Shown here: positions 1 through 13,480 of the stretch, in pieces
How the letters are laid out: every line of letters starts with the position of its first letter
Numbering within the stretch: the stretch's first letter is position 1
Origin: Haliotis rubra
Taxonomy: Eukaryota
DNA: 64,000 nt
NCBI RefSeq assembly: GCF_003918875.1
Contig: NW_025766669.1
Location: 1,674,001 to 1,738,000 of the forward strand
Direction of reading: 5' to 3'
Notes under the pieces: generated by a model
Seen by the model: the letters and a program-made list of their open reading frames with translations, nothing else
Told to the model about the DNA's origin: nothing
The model's database searches: none
Made by a program: the position numbers and the translations under genes

Positions 1-732
1 GATGATTGCGCCCTGCATCCACTCGTTGAAGCGGGTGGTGCCCAACACATGACCCTCACCGGGGTCTGTGAGTGACATGTATGTCTGAGTGTGAGGACGG
101 AAGCCTGGAGAGCCAAGTGACCTGTGAGGCTTCAGGGTGACCTGTTTCCCTTTAGCCAGACAATGGTACGCCAACTGGAAGGCAAGGTACTCCACCGGGT
201 TGGGCTGACGACGTTCATCTCTCAACGCCTGAGCCAGCTTGCATGTTGTATTCATGAAGTCTTTCTCGAACTTGTTCTCGTCCCATGTCAGCTTGACCTT
301 GTTGACGTCATCGACGACGCTGAAGTTGATGTAGCCGGGTCCTTCAGTCGGGACTACGCCCACAAACAGCTCCCTCTCAGCCTCCCATTCTCGGACGATG
401 CCCAAACAGACGCGGCAGATTCGGAAGGTCGAGTCCAGAAGTTGCCTCACGGTGTTGTCCTTCAGGATCTTCTCGCCAATAGCCATGAAGGTTTCAGCCT
501 TAGAAGAGTCATCGGGAAAGATGAGTTGAAGCGTCTGTCCGAGTTGTTTGGTGACGGTCTCGTTGTCGGCAGCGGTGGTCATGGCCAGTTCTCGGTCAGA
601 CTGGAACTTCTGTGTCGTCCGGCACTCGAGTTTGATGTGGATGTTGTACAGGTTGAGCAGCATGTCGTGAAGGAGAGACAGCGATATCTGGCGTAGGGTT
701 CCCACACCAAGACACATGTTGGCTTCCTCACA
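1..732 (-). CDS. Gene A large exon (244 codons, open to window edge)
   Basis: Acceptor tttgtttccag then CEEANMCLGVGTLRQISLSLLHDMLL...WDENKFEKDF...EYLAFQLAY...WMQGAII with no stop. Missed by the ORF track because it lacks a stop inside the window. Confidence 0.9.
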
Positions 733-3314
733 CTGGAAACAAATACTCACATATCAAATACCGGAATCAATGACATTTGTTTAACAGAGATTTATATAAC
801 ATAACGGAAAACAAACAACACATGTACTTNNNNNNNNNNNNNNNNNNNNNNNNNNNNNNNNNNNNNNNNNNNNNNNNNNNNNNNNNNNNNNNNNNNNNNN
901 NNNNNNNNNNNNNNNNNNNNNNNNNNNNNNNNNNNNNNNNNNNNNNNNNNNNNNNNNNNNNNNNNNNNNNNNNNNNNNNNNNNNNNNNNNNNNNNNTTCA
1001 CTAGGTTTCACCTCCACACCTGCTATATAGACATTATTCGCGATTTGCGTGAAATTGCTGGAATATTCCTCCATATAGCTGGTATATTGCTGAGTGCGGT
1101 GTAAAACAACAAACAAATCGTGTTTCCATGTTTGTCTGCACGGTAACCGTGTGTTTAAACGACTCAGATTTACATTACTTCGGGATTTCCTCCCAAATTA
1201 AGCAGACACGCCTTGAAAAAAGTAGAACGCTATCCAAAACGGTGTTAAACCCAACTCACTCACTAACTAATGACGAGATGTACTCACCGGGATTGTTGAC
1301 TGTCCACGTGCATCATCGTTAACTTCAGCTGCAGGCAGGGGATTTTTCTCCATCAAATCAATTCGATCTGAAACCACAGACACGAAAATAAAATCGATTC
1401 AATTCATGCTACCAGAAAAAGTCACAAAACCGATATTTCCATGTTTCTTTCATATGTTGTGTTGTAAAATTAATGTTTAAATTTAAACTAATTTACCTCA
1501 ATATAATAAACAAATTTTTAATTTTGAAAGTGTTATTTTTGTTAGTCTCTCTCACAGTCCCTGAACCATATCATATTCCCTACTGCCCAGAGCTCCCTAC
1601 AATGCTAAAGCCCTAAATGAAGCAAGTCTAGATTTCCTCAAGTTCAGTTTCCCACCTGACTGGGGCTCCTTTAAAATCTAAACGGTTTATTTTATCAAAA
1701 CTATATACATTCAGAGACTAAGCGTTAGACTAGAGTTTTATTCGTTCTGACAGTATTTTAGCCATAAAGCGTCAAGATCAAATTTGCATATGAACACAAA
1801 TCAGTCATTAACACAAAGTCACACTCAAAAGCAAGATTTCGTGAACACAATCCAATATCACAATGCTATCTACAATTTATAATAATAGCCCTCATGTATA
1901 CTATTTACAATCCAGAACACGGGCCCAACGCCCAATTTTTAAAAAAGCAGGCAACTTGTAATGCACATAAAAGCATCTTTAAATCTATAGTTTACGATAC
2001 ATTTTTAGTTGCACATTTAAACTTTTGACCAGTCAGAAGGCCGCGCCTTTGGATATTCGGTTACGTAATACTCGGCGCTTGAAGGTCCGGCCTCGGTAAG
2101 TATGAGGAACCCGGATGTACAACCGGTAAAGTAGAGAGCGTTATATCGAGGGAATGACTTACCGGACACGGAGTTTCCGAAGTTGCTGTGTTGTCCATAT
2201 CCGTCATGCTGAAATAAACAATACAGGTGATTGTTGTGACAGGTGACATGCTTGTTGATGTTCAAGTATTTCCGGGATAGCACACACTCACTGCATGGCT
2301 TGTAAGGCGCATTGCGTGAGTAGATGTATGATGGGTTTGTTACGGAAGTTATACAGTGGCGTCGTACTTTTGTGAGTGTGTTTACGAGCAGAATTAGGAA
2401 AGGCATTACGTATTCACAGCCGTGGCGGTTTACATTTGTCGGAGGTACACAGTCACACTTCCATCTTTCGTGGAAGCCGCGATGGCTGAGTAGGTAAGAT
2501 GGCTGACTTTGTGTGCTGGCGAGTAGGTGCCTGATTCTAAATTAACATGGTGTGGGTTCGAAGCCCGAGGACTCAACTTAAAAAGTACTAGAATCTGTAC
2601 TTTACTGAGAACGTGTAATTACAAATATAATGTGTTACATTTGACCACTTTTTAAAAAACCCATTGTGTATTCAGAGAGAAGAAAAGGGTTGAAACTCGG
2701 ATATATTCATCCATCATTTCAAGGAAATATATCTTTCAGAAATCTGGCATGTTAGCAGAGCCCTCTGCCAAACCAATTCGTTTCTCGGGTGTTCAGTGCA
2801 CCAAGCGACACACAGCTTACACACACACTTTACAAACTCCCGGATCCCGCTCTGAATACGTGTTCACAGACAATAAATGTGGAAATATTTACCTGTATTC
2901 TCCTCATGTAGCATGCTAGAGCCGATCCCAGGAAGAGTATCCCCACACATGCAATGATTCCAATGATGAGGGCCGCTAGGGCCAGTCTCGTGTCTGGTCC
3001 ATTTGGATTGCTCTGTTAATAAGAAGGTTAACGCGTTGAGTGAACTTTCACTACAACAATGGTTGCATCAGACGTCCGTTTTGATTAGATGTACATCTTT
3101 GAACAGTTAACTTCTAGCGCCATCATCACAATCATCATCATCATCTTCAGGGGCGGTGGGGTAGCCTAGTGGTTAAAGCGTTCGCTCGTCACGCCAAAGA
3201 CCCGGGTTCGATTCCCCACATGGGTACAATGTGTGAAGCCCATTTCTGGTGTCCCCCGCTGTGATATTGCTGGAATATTGCTAAAAGCGGCTTAAAACTA
3301 AATCCACCCACTCA

Positions 3315-3350
<36 letters not shown>

Positions 3351-4276
3351 TATATCAGTTACTATACATGACAACGCTGAGCAATACGTTTCTTCTTCGC
3401 AGTCAAGTATTAACAATAATGTTCTTTCGAATACCAGTAAATATTGATGTTTCCATAAAGCGAAATTCGTTTCCGTTATATATAGTATATAGGTGTATAT
3501 AACCGAATAATTGCAGGGGTTGTAAATCTGACTTGTCAAAACTCAGATCAGGAGAAATCGTGATCCAGGATTTTCAAATTTTATCCGATTAAACACAACT
3601 ATTCATGTTTTGATAAAACAGAAATCATTTTCGTTATATCACACACACGTGTACTATGTAAAAGAACACAAACTTTATAATTATGTGTAAATCTGCCAAT
3701 GTTTAAGATAGATGAAATCGTTAACATTCACTGACACGTTGGTTGTACGAGTAGTTTCAATGCGCTCGTTAATCTGCACATATAATATGAACGTAGCATT
3801 CGCTGAGCTCTCAGTGTGGTTTGTTTGTTATATACACACTTCTCTGTAAATTTCTCTCAAATTTTAATTAATTTCCTTTTAAAATTGGGACGATAAAAAT
3901 CACCAGTAATGACTTCCCTACTTACACAATGCGACGGTTTATGAGCAGTTATTTGCGCTCTCGTCGGAGATTGAGTTTGTACAATGTAATGCACAACGAT
4001 TTGTCTAAACAGAGGCCACTGTGGAGTGTGCGCAATGACTCAGAACAAACGACAAAGAAATCGTTCATGAAAATACCACAAATGCATGGTAATTAATCAG
4101 AAATCCCATAATGACAAAATACAGTCCCCCAAATAAATTTGTTTTAAAAGTTTTATTTATCAGCTCAACGTGTTAATAAATATTGCGTAAATTCAACTGT
4201 GACAACTTACCTCGTTCTGGGCCGCGGACAAGCCAACGAGCAGTGTTAGAATCACACTGCCTAATAGTCTCCGCAT
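1..4276 (-). CDS. Gene A: uncharacterised type I membrane protein with predicted cytosolic MfnB/DUF556-like TIM barrel (multi-exon, 3' part outside window)
   Basis: Hand-built exons with GT-AG boundaries and consistent phases: 4276-4211 (MRRLLGSVILTLLVGLSAAQNE, signal peptide), 3012-2893 (SNPNGPDTRLALAALIIGIIACVGILFLGSALACYMRRIQ, TM helix), 2208-2163, 1367-1288, 732-1. The last exon is clearly paralogous to gene B (SPGFRPHTQTYMSLTDPGEGHVLGTTRFNEWMQGAII vs SPGFRPHTQTYMSFTDPGDGHVLGTTRCMNWMQGAVI). Confidence 0.85.
1542..1733 (+). mobile_element. Helentron/HINE-like ~190-bp repeat family (other copies 10872-11063 minus, 18700-19020 plus, 24425-24623 plus)
   Basis: Four similar copies. The subterminal inverted repeat AGTCCCTGAA / TTCAGGGACT is followed by a 3' hairpin GACTAAGCGTTAGTC. 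Confidence 0.65.
3149..3316 (+). mobile_element. tRNA-derived SINE family 1 (~165 bp, TCAC-repeat tail); >20 copies or fragments in window
   Basis: GGGGCGGTGGGGTAGCCTAGTGG (A box)..GGTTCGATTCCCC (B box)..GCTGGAATATTGCTAAAAGCGGCG. Copies include 6918-7075, 16225-16325, 16395-16573, 19592-19755, 27807-27972, 30065-30203, 30737-30902, 32033-32193, 33360-33765, 35340-35458, 57805-57968, 59210-59355 and 63438-63585. Confidence 0.93.
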
Positions 4277-5164
4277 GTTTGTCCAATTTGTAGTGAAACT
4301 GAAAGATATAATATACAAGCAATGCATTAAATCTTTCTAAATCAGATTCAGACTAAAAATTATAATATATGTAAACATAGGAGACGAGATATGTATTCAA
4401 AACAGAGCCAACATGTACGTATAACGTGCGTACCTGTATTCTTACATCAAGTTGGTGTTATCGAATTACCTATCATTAGTATTGCTTTGAATTCAACAGA
4501 TTTATTTGATTTTTTTTTAAAACAACAACAGATTTATAAAGAACGAAATGAAACGGTACTGGCCTGTATTTATACTTTGGCCCGTTTCCACTCTATATGA
4601 CATAGTTTATCCGACACTTACATTTCTGTATTCAATGATCCACTGACGCTTTTGAATATTTAGAAATGTAAGTAAACTCTCCACAATGTCTAAATAATTT
4701 TGGAAGAAATAGTTTCTGAAAACTAAATATGCGTTTACACTTAAATCTGTTAAACAATCTTTTCAAAGTTTATTTCATCCTAAGCTAATTCACACAAAAA
4801 AGATAATTCGTAAAAAAATATATTTAAGACAAATGTTGATATTTTCAATTGCGGTTCCCGATTTATACAAATAGCAGCAATATATGGAGATTTTACCCAG
4901 CATATCCCCAATAGGGTATTTGCAAGTTCCGTTCTTAGTAGAATTAAGAAAACGAAGTTTCAAATCCGAATAAGACTTATTAAGATATTAAGCTATTATT
5001 TTCGTTTCCACCAGTCGTTTCTTCAATCTTTCCCAAACTTACGTTCAAATTGTTGTATAATTAAGATTTATTCCTGCCGTAATCAACATAATAATTATCA
5101 TATTTAGAAATAAACGCAGTGAAGTATTATGCGTGTACAAGACAATAATGAAATTTTAACAAAC

Positions 5165-5371
5165 CTGTAAGTTTTCCAAGTGTATCGAGGATAAGCCAGG
5201 TGTTGAGGTAAGTGTGTGTCCAACCCGGCTCGCTCCGGTTTATATAACACGGCGCGTCACGTGGTACCGGATTCGTCGACCGGACTGCGCGGGCAGGATC
5301 TGGCCTCACCTTTCCAAGAACTCTCAACGGGGCATTCCCCGTTCATGCAGGTCCGGCTGGCGTCACGTGTT
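5165..5371 (-). promoter_or_regulatory. Putative core promoter and non-coding first exon of gene A: TATA box plus two GTCACGTG E-boxes
   Basis: On the minus strand: TATATAAA at ~5239-5246, GTCACGTG at 5256-5263 and 5362-5369, and a candidate donor CAG|GTTTGT at ~5164, in a locally GC/CpG-rich patch upstream of the ATG exon. Confidence 0.5.
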
Positions 5372-8300
5372 TACCAGAAGTAAATCAGCTTTACGGGGCA
5401 GCCGAGAACGAACTGAATTAATTATTCAAGTCAGGGAAAGCATCGTGGACCATATACTACATGAAATTCAGCAATTTAATTCAATTGTTGTCTATTTACG
5501 CATATTTTATTGTCGTACAAATCCACAGATCGTTATGAAACCTACACGTTGATCTCCATTATTTGCAGATTATATCTCGATAATATTATATATAAACGAA
5601 CGTTTAGCTATATGGCATCACGATTACTATTAGGTACTGGTCACACTTATCATCAACACATGCAAGGGCAAGTCAATTGTCCACCTGAAAAAATATGTTG
5701 AAATATGGTACAAGTCAAAATAAAATATGTTATATCATATAAATATCGTTCACCTATATAGGAGTAGGTAGGCGGCACACAATTCCACCCGAAGAAACTT
5801 GAATGTCTAACCACTGCGACATGTTTGATGTTGGCGATGAATTTCACTACATTTTTTTCCAGCCCTTTCTTCAAACACCATCGGAAAACTTAAATCCCAA
5901 ACCATTATGTTAAAAAAACACAATGTGTTAAAATTTAACGAATTGTTTCACTGTAAACGAATTAGTGTTTCAAAAATGTTATCTATATTTTGTAATACCT
6001 TCATGAAAACTGTACAATCTCCTTTCTAAAACATCCCGCCATCATACGTACCCTTAACTATATATTTGTACCTCTAATGCCGAGTATCCCGGCCTGAGCG
6101 TAATAAAAGTTCTGTTCTGTTCTCCAGTATTCGCAAATTATATCTCGATAACATAATAGACAAACGAACGTTAATATGGCATCACGGCGTTAAACATTGG
6201 TATTGGATACTAGTAAAAGATTCATAGACGTATTGACTAACACAAACGTCTCGGTTTAAACGAATATTCCTTTCACTACAAAATCCGCAGCTGTTAAATT
6301 TTCATTTTATGAATGGGCGGTATTACTTGCACATTCAAAAAAAGAAATTAAAAAAAGGAAAATAGACGTTCAAGTGAAAACGATCAATACTAATTTTGGC
6401 TCTCTCGGAACGATTTCTTATCACATGCCTGAAAACACGTGTTCCCTAAACCAACGCTAATAATAGCGGACACATCAGAACATGAAGTGACTCCAATTAT
6501 AGCCCTTCACACATTAAACTTGTCAGAAAGGCAATGTATTCCTGGAGAAACAGGCGGTTCTGGAACTGTAACTGAAACGACGATGTGAAGATATAGATAG
6601 CGATTATTATTAATATAGAGATTATGTCACATCGCTTTTTCGTTAATCATTTGAAAAATACTATTTCTATATATTTTATATTGACAACGTCATGGCCTAC
6701 GTGAATATGATTTGAACAGGATTTCACATGACTCGCGCTGATTAAAAAAGTTTGAAAGATGCGGTCACATATTCCTGGGAAATCACAATACTTCAGAATT
6801 TTCCTGTTCGCTACAACCTGGACGTGGCTACATGCCACAGACACGGCATCACATACCTACCTCCTGCTGTATTTATAGAGAGGTGCAAGTAGTGACAAGC
6901 GTCGTCTTTAGAGAATAAGTGAGTGAGTAAGGTTTTACGCCGCTTTTAGCATTCCAGCAATATCCCGGCAGGAGACACCAGAAATTAGCTTTACACATTG
7001 TACCAAAGTCTTGAACTGATCACAAGTTTTCGGCTTGACAAGCGATCGTTTTAGCCACTAGGCTGTCCACCACCCTCTTTCCAGGGTTGATCACTGTCAA
7101 CTCATGTTAACTGATATGCTTCACATCTCGGTTAACCTGTTTTGTCTATACCTACCAAAACCCTAGTATGGGGTACACTAGTTATGAAAGCGTCTTCAGA
7201 GTTTGACAGACACTAGAAATTGTCTTCACGAGTTGTACCTATGTGAGGAATTGAATGTCATATTTTGATTAAATCACGAATAAAAGCATATTAATTAAGA
7301 CAGTTAAAAGGTATTGTTAGTGTGTATGTCATCTGTGTCAAGGAAATTTTACTGTCATTGTTTGATATATACTATTCCAAAAAGAAACGTATAACTCATG
7401 CGAAAATGTATTTTCAAACATGTATAACTCGTCCACAAATAGACTTTAGAAAATGAATTTTTGCATCAGGTTAGAACAAGGAAATGTACAAGTGGATAAT
7501 GTTATATAATAACGGAGACGTAGCGCGGGCCCGACGTCGAATCTGGATCTCATGAGAATCAAAAGTGTAACTTTGAAAATGATGTCGACTTTCGTTTTGA
7601 TCTTTTAAGCGTTATATTTATTTTTCTTAATTTCCACAGATTTAATCAGAATAGACACGGTGGAAGCGTTGTCAAGCAATAAAACACTTCTTGAAATACG
7701 CGTCTCTATATGTTGGTGGATGTAACCTTCGTACACATATATTTTAATATTTTTTCTCTAATAATTAAAATCCATTCATTCGTTCTGTTTTTAACTTACT
7801 TTAAACCTAATTAGTGGTTTGTGTACTTTGATTATAGTTCATGTGCCCTTCACCTGCTTCGTGCATTGTATCAAAGTTGCATTTTGTGCGTTTTATTTAA
7901 GGCATCGTCATGGGTTCTCTATGATTGACAAAGGTTAACTCTGATTGAACTCAGTCAACCCTGGTTGATAGAAATATTTTAACCTCGGTTGACTCCTGTC
8001 AATTACATTTTAATCGCTTAACGCATGTCATGTAACGCCGGATCCAGGATTCTTCACTTTCCCTTTCTCTGCACTCCTCCCTCGTAACAAATAGTGAACT
8101 GTGTCAATATTTTAATGATAGATTGTTAAACAACTTTTTTATTTTTAGGACAAAAATTCTGCAAAAACCTCACAGAGTGGGTATGATGTTTTGATTATGA
8201 TCAGCGTTTCATTGAGTATTTTATGTTTATTAGTTTTCGAGTTAGATTGCAATCCATCGGTCCGCTTTTGAGCCAACCGGACTATATACTCCAAACAAAT

Positions 8301-8596
8301 CCTTTTGAACGAATATAGAAATTAATAGAAAATCATGTCCATCACTTTTATATGTCCTTCAGAGAACACATGCATACTGTCAGTCTACTGGGTATTTTTC
8401 TTTTATGATAAAGTAGATCGCACTTTTTTTCTTTTCTTTATTGAATTTTTTAAATTGTCTTCAAAGAACATTTAACAGACTTTTCAAAAAATCAACGAAG
8501 GGCATTCAGGTTACAATTGTACAAACACGATTTACAAATTATATAGCCAATCCATGCCATGAAGACCAAAGGCGCTGATATTGCACTCCATCAGAG

Positions 8597-8966
8597 AGGT
8601 GAGGTGAGGTGAAATTGGGTTTCACGTCGTGCTTGAGAATGTTTCGCTCATATGACGACGTGCATGCGTGTGTATGTGTATGGGCGGCTGCTTGTACAAG
8701 TTAAGTTGTTGTACCAGACTTAAGCTGGTTTTGTAGTGCTAGCCCACTGAGATACCATGCCGCAGTGAAGCATGAATACCCCAATCAGACACATTATACT
8801 GACTCCAAGCCGACCTGTCCTCGTTGTACCCATTAATGCCGAGCGCCAGGCAGGGACCAACAAGTACCATATTTTAACGTGTTTTGGTATGACGCGGTCG
8901 GGGATCGAACCCGCGACCTTCCGCTCTCCGGGCGGACGCTCTAACCACTACACCACGGAGGCGGTC
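8597..8966 (-). mobile_element. tRNA-derived SINE family 2 (~370 bp, TCACC tail); other copies 15798-16122 plus and 20405-20673 plus (5'-truncated)
   Basis: Head GACCGCCTCCGTGGTGTAGTGG..GGTTCGATCCCC. The three copies are highly similar, and the one at 15798 is flanked by TSD CTTTGGTCAACAG. Confidence 0.92.
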
Positions 8967-11899
8967 GCACTCCAGAGAAGAACACTTAGTTATAATATAC
9001 TAGTGTCTTAGTTCATTCTGGAAAACATGAAAAGGTGGCCCACTGTTTCTGAAACTGATTCCAAAATAAGGTTTATAAATGATGATGATTATAATATTAA
9101 GAGGGTCATTGTTTTTGTCTGGAAAACCAAGTAATACTTGTCTTTTTGTTATTTGAATATTGAGATGAGTTTTCCGATTAAGCCAGATTTCAAGTTTTTG
9201 CCAGATATTATTAACTTTGCTGCAAGACCAGGAAATATTATCAGGTCACTCTTGTCTCTGGTCACACGGCTCATAGCTCGTCGTCTATTTGTGGCCCGCA
9301 CCCTTTTAGGGAGTTATCGCATGCCTTTCCATTTATATAGAAGTAACCCAATTAATATATATCTTCTCCCACGCCATCCGACATGCTATGCGCATGTCAA
9401 CTGTCCGATATGTTGGCGCGTTATGACCTGACGGGAGCCGGACCCGAAGGAAAGTGTAATGATTATGTTGCATAAATATTAGTAATTGTCAAACATTTGA
9501 ATAAACTGGGGGCGGGGTAGGATGTGTGCATTTCCAATTTAACGAATAACGTGTGATAACGTAAAATATGCCTCCATGAAAGGAAATTACAGAGCGTAAA
9601 TGTTAATATATGAGTGATAAGTTTTCCGTTATACGACTCAGCTATTACCAATTACTTGACAATAAAATTATTTCATTTTGCCTGCTATAAACATCTGCAA
9701 GTTTCAGTCCTTTGAACCATGTTTTAGAACACAATGGTGCTTTAAGCTTGCCCTATGCCAAACATAATGATATCATACGCGCTGTGCGTTTTTATATTAC
9801 AAGACATTAAACCTTTTGTCAAATTTTAATGACTAAATTTAATGTATATGGTATGTTCACAAGAATGTGTTCTATGTTGTCTTGACTACACCCCACCATG
9901 GAAATATACAAATGTATATTACCTGCGCATATGTGTGTTTTTTATTTTTTTAGCCTAGTGGTTAAATAATGCTCGTCATGAGTTTAATTCCCCGACTAAA
10001 ACAATGTGAAGATTGTCAATATCCTAGTAAAAAACGTTCACCAGTATCGCACTAAGGCTTGCGTTGTTTCATGTGTTTGCCTGTAAATATTTGGATGCGA
10101 CAAGTTCATTTTAAAATTCATGATGGACTTATCTTCAACGCATCGCAAATGTACATTGTATTCCATACATGACGTCATATTTTCCACGAAACGTAATCAA
10201 GTGTTTCCCAAGTCTTGATTAAAGAAGTTATAACTGCAGTTTACTAGTATGTGTCATAACAGCTAAACGATGATAATTTCGAAGATTCCAGTTTTATTTA
10301 ACTTCTTTTTATAAAAGGCTTCTGGAAGTGTCTGAACATCTATATATTTAAAGTTTTCTGCATGAAATTGATGATTTTTCATATTAAATACTGAGTACAT
10401 ATATTCTAGATAAGTAGCAAACATTGTACCTTATCTCGCCGGTCTGAAACCAAAATTAAATTACAATTACCAATTACATAAATGTAATGCCTACTCTCTC
10501 TGCAAATGTGACATTTTTGTTTCATTTTGGTCGTCTTGCCACAATCTATTTACATAGATAATGACTGTAATTTGACGTGCTATGTAATGCAACAATTATG
10601 CCGACCTGTTAAACGTATATGAAATGCTGTACCCAGATCAAAAGAAATAAAGTGATTAAAAAAATTGATGACTTCCATCACTGATTCTGGAAAAAGGTAT
10701 GTTTATTTATTCTGTTCCTGCATCAATCGTATATTGTTTCCGCCATGTTTGAATCCGCCAATCCTCAATTAGATGTCCCTGTTAGTATAAACCAATAAAC
10801 ACCACTCTTTGTGGATGTCGCCAGTAGGAGTGGGAAAAAACAGCCATATCAACACGGCCTTAGTATTGGGATAGACTAACGGTTAGTCTCTGAATATATT
10901 TATGTTTGATAGTAGGAAATAAACCCTTTAAACTGAAAAGGAGCCCCAGTGAGATGGGAGATTCAGAGGAAATCTAGACTTGCTTCATTTAGGGCTGTAG
11001 CATTGTAGGGAGGTTAAGGCAGTAAGGAAAATATTGCGGTTCAGGGACTGTGAGAAAGACTAGTATTGGGACATCGGTGTGTGCGTGCGCGCGCGCGTGT
11101 GTGTATCTGGTCACAGCGTATGTATACTGACAATACATGTGTGTGCGCGCGTGCGTGCGTGTGTGTGTCCCTTATCATATTCGAAGAAAAATACATGACC
11201 TCAATACTTATAATGTGGTCACGACATATTTATTGATTGAAATATAAATGGATGTTTTTCAGCACCCCGATGTCCAAATAGTATTCAACTGATCATTCAG
11301 TGTGTTTTGGACCTGTATAGACTACTACGCATACAGCACATCCGCTTTTCTCCGAAGTCCCGGACACAGAGCGGACACAGGGGGAACACCCCGCACCCCT
11401 CCGCCGTCATGAACGCCGGGAGCTTTGTTGTCCCTCGTGACGCCTTCTGTGAGCTTCCTCCTATCTCCCCATTTCCCTGTTTACGTCGTCTCTTAGGTAA
11501 ATATTGCCCAATAATACTTATCAGTATGTTACACAAATGGGATGTATATGTCATAGCGATAGCATGTAGACTTTAAATATAGCCCATTTGTTAAAGTTCA
11601 GCCTAAATAGTTCTGACGTCATTCTATAAGCGATGTTAATGATGTTATATGACAGAAAACAATCCCCAGAGAATACTTTGTAATTTTTAAATTGTATTTT
11701 TATAATTGTAAATTGTTATTTCCTGACTCCCTCTTACGAATAAGGCGATACAGCCAGGGGACTGTAAAGTCTTATACAAAATCGTTATGGAGGTGAGTTT
11801 GAAAACTGGAATACAGGAATTTCTTTTAAAAAAAGAAAAGACACTACAACACACTACAACACATTCACTCCCAAATCACTCATATAATGTTCAAACAAT

Positions 11900-12830
11900 T
11901 ACAATGCATTTGTGGGGTTCAACATTGTCAAGACTAATTACATGTTCAATGGATACCAAACTGCGATGGTTCCAGTTAGGATTATACATGGTATACTATC
12001 AACCGATAACCAATTCTTTGCTATTCAAGATGAAATTAGCTGAAAGCAATTTATGTACTTTTTGCCAATGTAAAGTTGAGACAATAACACATCTATGTGG
12101 GGATTGTAAACGTGTTCAAGCCTTTTGACAATGTTTTCTAAAACTACTGAATGAAAAATGTTTCACTGATTTTGTTTGTTGGGGTTTTTTGTGTTTTTTG
12201 TTTTTGTTTTTCTCGTTCTTTATTAACACGTATATAAGACCACGATTGTTACATGTCGACCTTCATATGCCACGTGGTCGGGGCACCACGGTCATTTTCA
12301 GACATAGCTTCATTCGACATACATTGAATACAAGCTTATCGATTGTTTACTGTAACATAAAGTCAAAAGTGGTTATTTATAAGAACTACGATTTATTACT
12401 TCTAACTGTTTGACAAATTGCCCTTTAAAGCTTTGAGTGTTGGAATAGTATTTGACATATTGCACTTGTAAACATAAAACGTTGCTACTGTGAAGACACA
12501 ATTAAGACTTATAATATTAGCTATATCTGAAGAATCTGTTTCCTTTCATCCAAGCAATATATATATGCATTCTCTCTGTAACTTTGTGGTTTGAAATATC
12601 TACAAAAATTATGCTGTTGCCAATCGACAAACTTTAATAAAAAAGGTATGACTGATGAACAATAAAACATGCAATGATTAACAGCAAAAAGTGTGAATGT
12701 TCACAACATGAACCTTGATCTACAAGTTATTGTGTTTGGAATGAAAACAAATATATGTTTACTGATAATATTTTTATCTATTATTATTGTTAGCTAAATG
12801 TTTCATATATAAATGTAAAGTGTTAAAGAT
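11900..12830 (+). mobile_element. Degraded LINE 3' remnant (zf-RVT region)
   Basis: KLRWFQ..TNSLLFKMKL..SNLCTFC..ETITHL..DC..VQAF, with LLAKCFIYKCK downstream. Confidence 0.7.
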
Positions 12831-12918
12831 ACTCTTAGTTTTAAACACTTTAGACAATATGTACATAACGTATAGGAGTGATGCTGTATTTTTCCTTCAT
12901 CCATCACTTACGTCAATA

Positions 12919-13138
12919 CCCGTGAAGGTCCGGGTTAGAATATTGATCTTCAGTAACCCATGCTTGTCGTAAGAGGCGACTAACGGGATCGGGTGGTCAG
13001 GCTCGCTGACTTGGTTGACACATGTCATCGGTTCCCAATTGCGCAGATCGATGCTCATGCTGTTGATCACTGTATTGTCTGGTCCAGACTCGATTATTTA
13101 CAGACCGCCGCCATATAGCTGGAATATTGCTGAGTGCT
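12919..13138 (+). mobile_element. SINE-like repeat family 3 (other copies ~20965-21185 minus, 24045-24212, 29130-29240 minus, 58117-58358)
   Basis: Recurrent CCCGTGAAG.TCCGGGTTAGAAT..TCTGGTCCAGACTCGATTATTTACAGACCGCCGCCATATAGCTGGAATATTGCTGAGTGC. Shares its 3' tail with family 1. Confidence 0.85.
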
Positions 13139-13480
13139 GATGCACGTGACTTTATTGACGATAATTTTCAAACGTTATGTATGTTTAACGTATGCATACA
13201 GGCATGTAGCAATGCGGAAGTGAGTTCTGGAGTGCATGTGCACCAGTGTCACCGAGTTCTACGACGCACGTAACTTTATTTCTATAAACATAATTGATTA
13301 AGTAATTAAGTTATGTCATTATCAAACAAGGACCGCGAGAGAGTTAGGAACAGGAAGCGTCGTCTTCTATTTTTAAGTCCAGTGTCTCGCCACGTGAACC
13401 TGCACATGATACTGTCACGTGGCTCACTGACTGCCACAAGTTAGGCGTCCAGACCTTTACTTCCTTGAGTATGTGTCTAT

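Noticed and set aside
124-696. 190-aa plus-strand ORF
   Set aside because: It is the antisense shadow of the gene A exon. The minus frame is the one homologous to gene B.
3149-3225. tRNA-like sequences at SINE heads (also ~2476-2575, 8890-8966, ~38990-39056)
   Set aside because: A/B boxes are present, but they continue into SINE bodies or lack a complete cloverleaf. Not called as tRNA genes.
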